Shown here piece by piece: positions 46,031 through 55,266 of a DNA stretch of 64,000 bases (position 1 is its first letter; each line of letters starts with the position of its first letter). The position numbers and the translations under genes are program-made. The notes under the pieces were generated by a model, which saw only the letters and a program-made list of their open reading frames with translations, was not told the origin of the DNA and did no database searches. Location: the IMG/VR virus record IMGVR_UViG_3300042402_002792; one strand, given 5' to 3'. This stretch comes from a virus. Taxonomy: Duplodnaviria > Heunggongvirae > Uroviricota > Caudoviricetes.

Positions 46031-46842
46031 CACAATATAATATGTTTGATATGCCTAAAATAGGAATAGTCGGTGCTGGATTTGTAGGAGGTGCCATTGC
46101 CGTTTGTTATCGAGAACGAAACTTCGATGTGATTTGTGTCGATGCAGATCCTGCAAAAAGCACAGGTACATATGCAGACTTAGAAGATTGTGAAGCTGTG
46201 TTTGTATGTGTGCCTAGCCCTAGTAAAGAAACTGGAGATTGCGATACTAGTATTTTAAATACAGTCCTATATCTGCTTAGAAATTTTAAAAATGTTATTA
46301 TTAGTAAAACAACTGCGCCGCCTGCATTTTATGAAAAAATGCAAACTGTGTATCCTAACTTAGTACATGTTCCCGAATTTTTAACTGCTAACAACGCTGT
46401 TCATGATTTTTTTAATCAAGACAATGTAATTATTGGAGGACAAGTATTAGCTTATCAACGAGAAGCAGAAAGAATACTAAGAGGTGTGCAACAGCTTAAA
46501 CAAGTACAGTTTACTAGTATAGGCGAAGCTGCTTTAGCCAAATATATTATCAATTCATTTTTAGCTACTAAAGTAGTCTTTATGAACGAAATGGAAGAAC
46601 TAGCAAGAGCTCATAATTATGAATGGAAAGATATTGTTCATTCAGTTATGATGGACAAACGTATCGGGCCTAGTCATTTACAAGTACCCGGTCCGGACGG
46701 ATTTTACGGGTTTGGTGGAATGTGTTTTCCTAAAGATACTAATGCGTTAGTAAAATATGCCAGTAAGTTAGGCGTACAATTGAACATATTGAAGTCCGCA
46801 ATTAAGAAAAATGTCCTATTAAGGTTGCAAAAACCTAAATAA
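46027..46842 (+). CDS. UDP-glucose/GDP-mannose dehydrogenase-like (lacks C-terminal domain)
   Basis: GAGFVG, FVCVPSP, PEFL, KY..NSFLA.K..F.NE and GFGGMCFPKD. Confidence 0.88.
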   Translation: MTQYNMFDMPKIGIVGAGFVGGAIAVCYRERNFDVICVDADPAKSTGTYADLEDCEAVFVCVPSPSKETGDCDTSILNTVLYLLRNFKNVIISKTTAPPAFYEKMQTVYPNLVHVPEFLTANNAVHDFFNQDNVIIGGQVLAYQREAERILRGVQQLKQVQFTSIGEAALAKYIINSFLATKVVFMNEMEELARAHNYEWKDIVHSVMMDKRIGPSHLQVPGPDGFYGFGGMCFPKDTNALVKYASKLGVQLNILKSAIKKNVLLRLQKPK

Positions 46843-46853
46843 TCTAGTACAAT
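46825..46853 (+). promoter_or_regulatory. Promoter TTGCAA-17-TACAAT with TAAATA in the spacer
   Basis: Upstream of folE. Confidence 0.6.
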
Positions 46854-46891
46854 GTACAACAGTCATCCACGACAATAACTCGGAGAATAAT

Positions 46892-47638
46892 TTGACAAAC
46901 AAAAATGAAACAGGCCTGGACGCAATGGCAGGCGACGGTGGCTATCAAGAAGCTTACCTAGGCGATCATATTCGCTTTAAAATGAAACGTGACGGTAAAA
47001 GATTTTGGGCTGGGGATAATATCAGTGAATATCTTTGGCAAGGCGATATAGAACGTTTAATCGACGAAGCAACACCAGCGTTTGAACAAGTGCTAGATAA
47101 ATTACTTATTGATCGTGAGAACGATCCTAACTCAAAAGGCACAGCAAGACGTCTTGCTAAAATGTACTTTAACGAAATAATGGCAGGTAGATATGAAACA
47201 GCACCAGACGCAACAGCGTTTCCAAATGATTCAGCAGACCGTTACGAAGGCATGCTTGTTGTCCGCAGTGAGCTTCGCAGTATGTGTAGCCATCATCATC
47301 AGCCCGTTAGTGGCGTGGCATATATCGGGATCATTGCCGCCAACAAACTCATTGGGCTTTCCAAATACACTCGTATCGCACAGTGGTGTGCCAGGCGCGG
47401 GACGCTTCAAGAAGAGCTCTGCAATGACATTGCCCGTGAAATCATGCGAGCCACTGACTCAGAAAATGTAGCAGTGTACATTCAGGCTACACACGGCTGC
47501 TGTGAAAATCGCGGTATTATGGCACATAGCAGTCTAACACAGACTACTGTACTCAAAGGTGCGTTTAAAGATGACATGGGTACTAAGAAAGAGTTTTTTG
47601 ACAATATTAAAATGCAACAAGAGTTTGCACCACGTTAA
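46892..47638 (+). CDS. folE: GTP cyclohydrolase I
   Basis: T..RLAKMY, SMCSHHHQP, GLSKYTRI, LQEEL and HGCCENRG. Confidence 0.93.
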   Translation: MTNKNETGLDAMAGDGGYQEAYLGDHIRFKMKRDGKRFWAGDNISEYLWQGDIERLIDEATPAFEQVLDKLLIDRENDPNSKGTARRLAKMYFNEIMAGRYETAPDATAFPNDSADRYEGMLVVRSELRSMCSHHHQPVSGVAYIGIIAANKLIGLSKYTRIAQWCARRGTLQEELCNDIAREIMRATDSENVAVYIQATHGCCENRGIMAHSSLTQTTVLKGAFKDDMGTKKEFFDNIKMQQEFAPR

Positions 47639-47647
47639 GGAGATAAC

Positions 47648-47839
47648 ATGGCAACTAGAAAAAAGAAAGAATTAGAAGTAGAAACATGGCCTAAAATCAT
47701 TGTTGGCAGTCATAGTACACGTACAGAATATGAAGACGGTCGTGTTGAATTAGTTACTGACTGGGAAGCACTACAGAGAGATGTTCGAGAGGCTATTGCT
47801 AGTGTAGAAACTAAACCAAAACGCAAGGCAAAGATATGA
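47648..47839 (+). CDS. Hypothetical protein
   Basis: AAGGAG SD. Confidence 0.6.
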   Translation: MATRKKKELEVETWPKIIVGSHSTRTEYEDGRVELVTDWEALQRDVREAIASVETKPKRKAKI

Positions 47840-48351
47840 GTCAAGTATATCTAATCAAACCACTTGAAAAGAAAAGTGTTGTCTACCACGTAGAGATGTT
47901 TAGAGAAAATGCAGACGGTAGTATTAGTTGGTTTAACATAGACGAAACTTATCGCTGGGGTCAAGGCTTTGTGGAAGGTGATTTAGATTGCAATCTTCCA
48001 TGGGAAGGCGATGATGTTGCCTATGCTCGAGCAGATGCAGGGTGGGGTTGCGAATTCGATGATAGTTGTAGCGTCGAATGGGAGTTCAGTGACGACATTG
48101 ACGAAATGGAACAACAAGAACTCAAAGAATTGTATTACGAAGGCGGTGCTGGTTGGTTGTTCGACGGTGAACACGATTGGCAAGAAGAAGATACTGCTGT
48201 ACACGTTATTGCACCATATCAAGTTAGTTTATGTGATGAGCTAACAGGCGAAGTTATTGAAGAAAATGTTAAATTAAAGACTCGTCCAAATCCAAATACT
48301 GCATGGCCATTTAGTGAAGCATTTCCAAAAGATAGTGAACAAGGTGAATAA
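47836..48351 (+). CDS. Acidic Trp-rich hypothetical protein
   Basis: Coupled ORF. Confidence 0.65.
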   Translation: MSQVYLIKPLEKKSVVYHVEMFRENADGSISWFNIDETYRWGQGFVEGDLDCNLPWEGDDVAYARADAGWGCEFDDSCSVEWEFSDDIDEMEQQELKELYYEGGAGWLFDGEHDWQEEDTAVHVIAPYQVSLCDELTGEVIEENVKLKTRPNPNTAWPFSEAFPKDSEQGE

Positions 48352-48352
48352 T

Positions 48353-48568
48353 ATGAACTCAGTTGATATGGCTAATAATCTAATCTCTCGTGCAAGGAAT
48401 CTAAACGAATTTACTGTTACTACAGAAGTTCCAGAAGATCTTCGCTTTAATGGTGAGATTCCATTTGACATGCAGATTAAAGATAGTATAATAACAGCTA
48501 AAGTGTGGGCTGTAGACTTCGACGAGGCTGCAAAAAGATTAGATGATTTTTTAGGAACATGTAAATGA
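48353..48568 (+). CDS. Hypothetical protein
   Basis: AAGGTG SD before ATG 48353. Confidence 0.6.
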   Translation: MNSVDMANNLISRARNLNEFTVTTEVPEDLRFNGEIPFDMQIKDSIITAKVWAVDFDEAAKRLDDFLGTCK

Positions 48569-48861
48569 AATGGTTTAAAAAGATGTTGTGGCGGTGGAGC
48601 TATCAAGGTCAAGAATTAGAAGAACAGACTGGTAAAATTCCTAGAGGATTAGTCACCTCAAGAGACTCAGAAGCCGTATGTGGTGACGAGCCTGTGTTAA
48701 ACTTTAAAGTTTATTCGGCAGTAGGTGGTAAGGTTGTAGAGTTTAGACGTTATGACCGCCATAAGGATCGCAATGATACTACTACTTACATTATTACTAA
48801 TGATCAAGACTTCGGTGAAAGAATTAGTAAAATTGCAACAATGGAAAAATTAAAGTTATGA
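48565..48861 (+). CDS. Hypothetical protein
   Basis: Coupled ORF. Confidence 0.6.
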   Translation: MKWFKKMLWRWSYQGQELEEQTGKIPRGLVTSRDSEAVCGDEPVLNFKVYSAVGGKVVEFRRYDRHKDRNDTTTYIITNDQDFGERISKIATMEKLKL

Positions 48862-49715
48862 GCAAAATTAAAATTGCAGAGCTGTTTTACAGCATACAAG
48901 GTGAAGGACGCTATATGGGTGTGCCTTCTGTTTTCTTACGTACATTTGGCTGTAACTTCAAATGTCAAGGTTTTGGTATGCCACGTGGTGAACTAAGTCA
49001 AGAAGCAAATAATATTAATCCTTTAGAATTTAAAACATACAATGAACTTCCGCTCGTTAGTACTGGTTGCGATAGTTATGCTTCTTGGGACCCACGTTTT
49101 AAGGACCTTAGTCCTATGCTTACAACAGACGCCATCGCAGATAGAATTACGGAGATACTGCCCTACAATGAGTGGAAAGACGAACATCTAGTTATTACAG
49201 GCGGTGAGCCATTACTAGGTTGGCAACGTGCTTATCCAGACTTACTAGATCATCCCAAGATGGCAGGGTTAACAGAGATTACATTTGAAACTAACGGTAC
49301 TCAACAGTTATCGCCAGAATTTAAAGAGTACTTAAAAAAATGGCAAATAAGGGCTTGGCACAACGGTGGTCCTGTACGTGAGATTACATTCTCAGTAAGT
49401 GCCAAACTTCCGTGTAGTGGAGAGAAGTGGGAAGATGCTATCTGTCCAGAAGTAGTATGCGAGTACGAACAAGTTGGTACAGCCTATTTGAAATTTGTTA
49501 TTGCTACCGAAGATGATTTTGATGACGCAATAACAGCTACTCTCGAATTTCGTAAGGCAGGATTTAGAGGGCATGTGTATCTAATGCCTGTAGGTGGTGT
49601 TGAAAGTGTTTACGCATTAAACAATCGTACAGTGGCAGACTTAGCTATGAAGCATGGGCTACGCTACAGTGATAGATTGCAAGTGCCGTTGTTTAAAAAC
49701 GAGTGGGGTACCTAA
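48858..49715 (+). CDS. queE: 7-carboxy-7-deazaguanine synthase (radical SAM)
   Basis: ELFYSIQGEG...G.PSVFLR..GCNFKC...CDS, VITGGEPLL, ETNGT and SDRLQ. Confidence 0.9.
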   Translation: MSKIKIAELFYSIQGEGRYMGVPSVFLRTFGCNFKCQGFGMPRGELSQEANNINPLEFKTYNELPLVSTGCDSYASWDPRFKDLSPMLTTDAIADRITEILPYNEWKDEHLVITGGEPLLGWQRAYPDLLDHPKMAGLTEITFETNGTQQLSPEFKEYLKKWQIRAWHNGGPVREITFSVSAKLPCSGEKWEDAICPEVVCEYEQVGTAYLKFVIATEDDFDDAITATLEFRKAGFRGHVYLMPVGGVESVYALNNRTVADLAMKHGLRYSDRLQVPLFKNEWGT

Positions 49716-50005
49716 TGACACTATGGCAAAAAGTTAAAGATTTTTGGATTCGTAGTTATACTAGCGACCGTCGTGCATTTTATTACGAGACAATTGCCAG
49801 TGTCTGTGTATTTGTTTCAATGACCTGGATTAGTGTTACTGCTCAACACCCGCCGATGCAGTTGATCTACCCTATTAGTTTTACAGGTGCAGTTTTTAGT
49901 ATACTGGCATTTGTTAGGAGAGGAGCAGGTTGGCCGCTAGTTATGACCTGTTATTTTGCCTGCTTACATGTATTTGGTTTTGGAAGAGCTATGGGATGGT
50001 ATTAA
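49715..50005 (+). CDS. Small membrane protein (3 TM)
   Basis: Hydrophobic; similar to 33593-33892. Confidence 0.6.
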   Translation: MTLWQKVKDFWIRSYTSDRRAFYYETIASVCVFVSMTWISVTAQHPPMQLIYPISFTGAVFSILAFVRRGAGWPLVMTCYFACLHVFGFGRAMGWY

Positions 50006-50006
50006 T

Positions 50007-50456
50007 ATGAAAAATTTTATTAAAAAATTATTTGGCATTGCCGAAATGGAAGAAGCGTTAGCTGAAACTCAAAAAAAGATTGCTGAGGCGGAGGCACAAG
50101 TTACCAAAGCCAAAGAGTCTGCAGAAAAGGCTCTTCAAGACGAAGCTCAAGCAAAAATGACTCCTAAAGAAAGAGCTAATGCAAAGGGAGAAGCGTGGGT
50201 TAGTGTTTTAGATACTCATGTTAATAAAGATAATATTAAGAATGGCTTTTTTGAGCTTGACTGGAATGATCTTTTTATAGTACAATTGAAACAAGCCGGT
50301 TATGGATTCGACGGTGATCCAGAAGAAGAAATTGTAGATCGTTGGTTTAGAGATATTGTAAGAAATATGCTAGCTGATGAAGGTATGGATACTGGTCGAG
50401 GTGCTGGTTATATAAATGTAATTCCAATTAACAAAAATCAATCAGAGGTTTCATGA
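50007..50456 (+). CDS. Hypothetical phage protein
   Basis: Coiled N-part; GFFELDWN motif. Confidence 0.7.
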   Translation: MKNFIKKLFGIAEMEEALAETQKKIAEAEAQVTKAKESAEKALQDEAQAKMTPKERANAKGEAWVSVLDTHVNKDNIKNGFFELDWNDLFIVQLKQAGYGFDGDPEEEIVDRWFRDIVRNMLADEGMDTGRGAGYINVIPINKNQSEVS

Positions 50457-51439
50457 ACTATATTCTCGTAGATACTGCTAACACATTCTTTCGTGCTAGA
50501 CATGTAATTAGAGGAGATGCTGACACTAAACTAGGTATGGCTCTTCATATTACCTTTAACAGTATCAAAAAGGCATGGCAAGACTTCGGCGGTAGTCATG
50601 TAGTGTTCTGCCTCGAAGGTCGTAGCTGGCGCAAGGACTTTTATAAGCCTTATAAAGCTAATCGAGCAGAAACTCGTGCGGCAATGACTGTAAAAGAACA
50701 AGAAGAGGACAAACTGTTTTGGGAAACGTTTGATACGTTTAAAGACTTCATTATTAATAAAACAAATTGTACAGTATTACAAAATGGACAATTAGAAGCA
50801 GATGATTTGATTGCAGGCTTCATTCAAACGCACCCTAACGATAACCATATTATTATTTCAACAGACAGTGATTTTTATCAGCTGATTGCTCCTAATGTGC
50901 GACAATACAACGGTGTAATGGAAACTACTATTACACACGAAGGTATTTTTGACAAGAAAAATAAGAGTGTACTAGATAAAAAAACTAAAGAACCTGTAGG
51001 TGCTCCTAATCCAGAATGGTTATTGTTTGAGAAATGTATGCGTGGCGACAGCTCAGACAATGTATTCTCGGCATATCCCGGTGTGCGTGTTAAGGGTACT
51101 AAGACTAAAGTTGGCTTGCAAGAAGCATTTGAGGATCGTAACAAGAAAGGATATTCTTGGAATAATCTCATGTTACAACGTTGGGTTGATCACGAAGGTG
51201 CCGAACATAGAGTATTAGATGACTACGAACGTAATCGCACACTTATTGATCTTGCCGCACAACCCGAAACTGTTAAAGAACTAATTGCTACTACTATTAG
51301 ACAAGCTACTAGTGAACCTAAAAACATTAGTCAAGTTGGTATTAGACTATTAAAATTTTGTAATCTATATGATATGCAAAAGATTTCAGATAACATTCAG
51401 CAGTATGCTGAACCCTTTCAAGCGAGATACACACAATGA
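50453..51439 (+). CDS. rnh: RNase H / 5'-3' exonuclease (T4 rnh, FEN-like)
   Basis: ILVD..N, WRK.FY.PYKANR, LEADD, ISTDSDF and GDSSDN. Confidence 0.88.
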   Translation: MNYILVDTANTFFRARHVIRGDADTKLGMALHITFNSIKKAWQDFGGSHVVFCLEGRSWRKDFYKPYKANRAETRAAMTVKEQEEDKLFWETFDTFKDFIINKTNCTVLQNGQLEADDLIAGFIQTHPNDNHIIISTDSDFYQLIAPNVRQYNGVMETTITHEGIFDKKNKSVLDKKTKEPVGAPNPEWLLFEKCMRGDSSDNVFSAYPGVRVKGTKTKVGLQEAFEDRNKKGYSWNNLMLQRWVDHEGAEHRVLDDYERNRTLIDLAAQPETVKELIATTIRQATSEPKNISQVGIRLLKFCNLYDMQKISDNIQQYAEPFQARYTQ

Positions 51440-51912
51440 ATATTAAAGCCAAACCTGTTGTAGACGGTAAATTTTGGATTATTGAGGACGACGGTGAAAA
51501 GGTTGCTATTCTACACAAAAAAGAAGGCAACAAATACATGATAAGTAGCAGTAAAGGTGATACGTATTTTACCAAAAAAGACGAGTTACTTAAAACATTT
51601 GGTAGAGACTTTTTTCAAGTTAGTGAAAAGACTACTATTACCGTAGATGATTCTAGAGACGTCTATGGATACCCCACTAGTTGTAAGCCGTATAATCCGC
51701 TGTTCAATGTACAGCGTAAACTACCATTGTTTACTAAAAGCAGTGCCAGCAAGAGTTTATATTGTGCTGGCTACTACACTATTAAATTTGACAAAGGCTG
51801 GGTAAAAAGCTTTTGTCCAAAACTAATTACCATCGAACGGTATCCTTACAAAGGACCGTTTAAAGATGAATTAGAAATGAAACAGGTGCTAAGTAATGCC
51901 AAGTCCGATTAA
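51436..51912 (+). CDS. Hypothetical phage protein
   Basis: Coupled ORF; LPLFTKS..SKS.YCAGYY. Confidence 0.7.
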   Translation: MNIKAKPVVDGKFWIIEDDGEKVAILHKKEGNKYMISSSKGDTYFTKKDELLKTFGRDFFQVSEKTTITVDDSRDVYGYPTSCKPYNPLFNVQRKLPLFTKSSASKSLYCAGYYTIKFDKGWVKSFCPKLITIERYPYKGPFKDELEMKQVLSNAKSD

Positions 51913-52138
51913 TACTAATCCTATACAGCAGTTTTTACAACAGGTAAAGGCTGCTGATCTTTCACAACAAAGAGAGATCAAAATGGATATTAAAACAGCT
52001 AAAGCACTGGCCTACTGTCTAGGCGAAGTTAGTGCTAAACTTCTAGAAGATTACGATACTATACTTAAAAAGCTAGAATCGAGCACAGGAGCGTCTGTAA
52101 CAGTTAGTATGGATGGGGGTGGCTTCGGGTCAAATTGA
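51896..52138 (+). CDS. Hypothetical protein
   Basis: Overlapping ORF. Confidence 0.6.
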   Translation: MPSPINTNPIQQFLQQVKAADLSQQREIKMDIKTAKALAYCLGEVSAKLLEDYDTILKKLESSTGASVTVSMDGGGFGSN

Positions 52139-52167
52139 TAAATATATGCGTAGATAATAGGACGCAT

Positions 52168-52452
52168 ATGAGCAGACCCAAGCCAAAAGTACTGTTAGAG
52201 CACATTAATAAGAAAAATTATAAATGTGAACAAATTCTAGAAGCTGACGCTATCTGGGCAGTGTTCTATAAGAACGAACCTTTCAATCTAAAATCTTCTA
52301 GTGCAGTTACTAGCTATCCCGGACCAAAATATAAAAAGGTCAGTTTTTCTAATCCTGGCCATGCTCATAATCTAGCCAAAAAACTCAACCAAATGTTTAA
52401 CTGTTCTGACTTCCAGGTAGTTAAACTTACCAGCGGTGAAATTATTAAATGA
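52168..52452 (+). CDS. Hypothetical basic protein
   Basis: GATAAATA at 52137-52144; AGGA SD; start MSRPKP. Confidence 0.7.
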   Translation: MSRPKPKVLLEHINKKNYKCEQILEADAIWAVFYKNEPFNLKSSSAVTSYPGPKYKKVSFSNPGHAHNLAKKLNQMFNCSDFQVVKLTSGEIIK

Positions 52453-52874
52453 TTTCAAAAGAGACTTATACCAAAATATTTCTACAACAAAAAGACCGCT
52501 CAACTGATCCTGCTAATGTAAAGTTACACCTATTCAAATGGTGGCAAAGTCATCGCTCAAAAGACATAGGCGGATTGAGACTAAGTGACGACGGATTTGA
52601 GTTCTTGCAAAAAGAACTGGAACTACAATGCTACGAAATTCCGTTTACTGAGCCAATCGATTTGAGTCCTCAAACTATCATATTTTTTGATAGAAGCATG
52701 GACAGTCCATACTACTTAACAAACCAAAGTATTACTGTATTCTCTGAACGCAAGAGTTTTGAGCTAATGTTGTTTTCTGACGACATTCGTAAATATGGAC
52801 TAATTAAGGCTATGAATAAGCAGGATAGCCAAAATGACAAAATAGAAGAAAATACTGTTGACAGCGACGACTAA
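52449..52874 (+). CDS. Hypothetical protein
   Basis: Coupled ORF; GGLRLSDDG motif. Confidence 0.7.
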   Translation: MISKETYTKIFLQQKDRSTDPANVKLHLFKWWQSHRSKDIGGLRLSDDGFEFLQKELELQCYEIPFTEPIDLSPQTIIFFDRSMDSPYYLTNQSITVFSERKSFELMLFSDDIRKYGLIKAMNKQDSQNDKIEENTVDSDD

Positions 52875-52886
52875 TGACACTATAAT
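52858..52886 (+). promoter_or_regulatory. Consensus sigma70 promoter TTGACA-17-TATAAT
   Basis: Perfect consensus upstream of the AAA gene. Confidence 0.85.
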
Positions 52887-52932
52887 AGACACATAGATAG
52901 TTAATTCAACCGCTTGTTTTACAGGAGATTAT

Positions 52933-54024
52933 ATGAGCGAAATTAGTTCACGTACCGTTGGCCCTAAGGCAGCTAAAAAATCTTTGCGCCGTGCTTTTAA
53001 AGCCAATCGTCCTTTGTTCCTTTGGGGTCCTCCAGGTATCGGTAAATCCGATATCGTTAAGCAAATGGGTGAAGAACTCAATGCTCACGTAATTGACATT
53101 CGCCTGTCACTATGGGAACCTACTGATATTAAAGGTATTCCGTATTTTGATAGTAACGCTAACCGCATGAACTGGGCTCCGCCTATTGAATTGCCCGATG
53201 CTGAAATGGCTGCTCAGCATGACAAGATCATCTTGTTTATGGACGAAATGAACTCTGCGGCTCCTAGCGTACAGGCAGCGGCTTATCAGCTAGTTTTGAA
53301 TCGTCGTGTTGGTACTTATCGCTTGCCCGACAACGTGCTCATCGTTGCCGCTGGTAACCGTGAAACTGACAAAGGTGTTACTTACCGTATGCCTGCTCCG
53401 TTGGCTAACCGTTTTGTTCACTTGGAAATGAAAGTTGACTGGGACGACTACTTTGGTTGGGCTGTTGACAATCGTATTCACAAAGACGTAGTCGGCTTCT
53501 TAACATTCTCTAAGAAGGACTTATACGACTTTGATCCTAAGAGTGCATCACGTGCCTTTGCTACTCCTCGTTCTTGGACGTTTGTGTCTGAGTTGTTGTT
53601 TGATGACGAAGAAGATACAGATACATTGACCGATTTGATCTCGGGTGCGGTTGGTGAGGGTTTGGCTGTTAAGTTTATGGCTCACCGTAAAGTTTCTTCT
53701 AAGCTTCCTAATCCTACAGACATTCTTAAGGGCAAGGTTAAGAAAATGGACACTAAGGAAATTAGTGCCATGTACTCTTTGACTGTGTCGTTATGCTATG
53801 AGCTCAAAGATGCTAGCGATAAGAATGCCAAAGACTGGAACGATCAAGTTAATTGCTTCTTTGAGTTTATGATGACTAACTTCGAAACTGAGTTAGTTGT
53901 TATGGGTACCAAACTTGCATTGACTCAATATCAGTTGCCTTTGGATCCAGACGAGATCAAGTGTTTCGACGACTTCCATGCCAAATACGGCAAGTATATT
54001 GCGGCTGCTACTGAAAAGAAATAA
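52933..54024 (+). CDS. MoxR-type AAA+ ATPase
   Basis: GPPGIGKS, FMDEMN, AAGNR and ANRF.H. Confidence 0.88.
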   Translation: MSEISSRTVGPKAAKKSLRRAFKANRPLFLWGPPGIGKSDIVKQMGEELNAHVIDIRLSLWEPTDIKGIPYFDSNANRMNWAPPIELPDAEMAAQHDKIILFMDEMNSAAPSVQAAAYQLVLNRRVGTYRLPDNVLIVAAGNRETDKGVTYRMPAPLANRFVHLEMKVDWDDYFGWAVDNRIHKDVVGFLTFSKKDLYDFDPKSASRAFATPRSWTFVSELLFDDEEDTDTLTDLISGAVGEGLAVKFMAHRKVSSKLPNPTDILKGKVKKMDTKEISAMYSLTVSLCYELKDASDKNAKDWNDQVNCFFEFMMTNFETELVVMGTKLALTQYQLPLDPDEIKCFDDFHAKYGKYIAAATEKK

Positions 54025-54041
54025 TTTGGCAAATAAGCCGT

Positions 54042-54070
54042 TTGACAGGGTCTTCGGACCCTGTTATAAT
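54042..54070 (+). promoter_or_regulatory. Consensus promoter TTGACA-17-TATAAT whose spacer is a C(TTCG)G hairpin
   Basis: ACAGGGTC-ttcg-GACCCTGT (54045-54064). Confidence 0.85.
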
Positions 54071-54096
54071 ATATACTATATAAACAGGAGCAAAAT

Positions 54097-55266
54097 ATGA
54101 GCAATCTCGATCCTATTGTAGATAAAATTGTAATCGCCCGGGTTGGACTGTTACTTCGTCATCCGTTTTTTGGTAACATGGCTACTCGTCTTAAAATTGT
54201 AGAAGCTAGCGAGTGGTGCGCTACTGCCGCAACAGACGGACGTCATCTATATTATAGCAAAGACTTCTTTCAAGACCTTACAGTTAAACAGGTTGAGTTT
54301 GTTGTAGCACACGAAATCCTACACAATGTTTTTGAGCATATGCTCCGAGTAGAAGGTCGTGATCGTAGTATTTGGAATGCCGCGGCAGACTATAGTGTTA
54401 ACGGTACTCTTGTACGTGACAAGATTGGCGAAGTTCCCCCTAAGATCAAAATCTTCCACGATACCAAACACTACGGTAAAAGCACTGAACAAATCTATGA
54501 CGAAATTTACAACGACATGGATGAGCAAGAATTGAGTGCATTGGGTCAATTGCTTGACGAACACATCGACTGGGAAAAGGACGGAAAAGGTAATCGTCCG
54601 CAGTATAGCAAAGAAGAACTCAAACAGATTCGTGACGAAATCAAAGAACAAATGATGGCGGCTGCTCAGGCGGCAGGTGCAGGCAATACTCCTGCCGAGA
54701 TCCAACGTATGATCCGTGAACTCACTGAGCCTAAGATGAACTGGCGTGAAATTCTGCGCCAGCAAATTCAAAGCACTATTAAAAACGATTATACCTTTAT
54801 GCGTCCTAACCGCAAGGCTTGGCACATGAACGCTATTCTTCCAGGTACTAACTTTGATGAAACTATTGACATCTGTGTTGCTATTGATATGTCAGGTTCT
54901 ATCGGAGACGATCAAGCTAAAGACTTTATTTCAGAAGTCAAAGGTATTATGGACGAGTACAAAGAATACAAGATTAAATTGTGGTGCTTTGATACTAGAG
55001 TTTATAACGAACAAGACTTTGACGGCTACGGTGCCGACATTATGGAGTATGAAGTAATGGGCGGTGGTGGTACTGAGTTTATGGCTAATTGGGACTACAT
55101 GAAAGAGAATGATATTAGTCCTAAAAAGTTCATTATGTTCACCGACGGTTATCCATACGGTTCATGGGGTGACGAAAACTACTGTGACACTTTCTTTGTG
55201 ATTCATGGTAACAATACTATTGTGCCTCCGTTTGGTGCTCACGCATACTATGAATTTAAAAATTGA
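54097..55266 (+). CDS. vWA-domain protein with putative metallopeptidase domain (DUF2201-like)
   Basis: TAATDG, AHEILH (HExxH), IDMSGS MIDAS, GGGT.F and TDG. Confidence 0.85.
   Translation: MSNLDPIVDKIVIARVGLLLRHPFFGNMATRLKIVEASEWCATAATDGRHLYYSKDFFQDLTVKQVEFVVAHEILHNVFEHMLRVEGRDRSIWNAAADYSVNGTLVRDKIGEVPPKIKIFHDTKHYGKSTEQIYDEIYNDMDEQELSALGQLLDEHIDWEKDGKGNRPQYSKEELKQIRDEIKEQMMAAAQAAGAGNTPAEIQRMIRELTEPKMNWREILRQQIQSTIKNDYTFMRPNRKAWHMNAILPGTNFDETIDICVAIDMSGSIGDDQAKDFISEVKGIMDEYKEYKIKLWCFDTRVYNEQDFDGYGADIMEYEVMGGGGTEFMANWDYMKENDISPKKFIMFTDGYPYGSWGDENYCDTFFVIHGNNTIVPPFGAHAYYEFKN

Noticed and set aside
46854-46891. preQ1 riboswitch upstream of folE
   Set aside because: No preQ1-I, II or III consensus is present and only a weak 3-5 bp pairing is possible.
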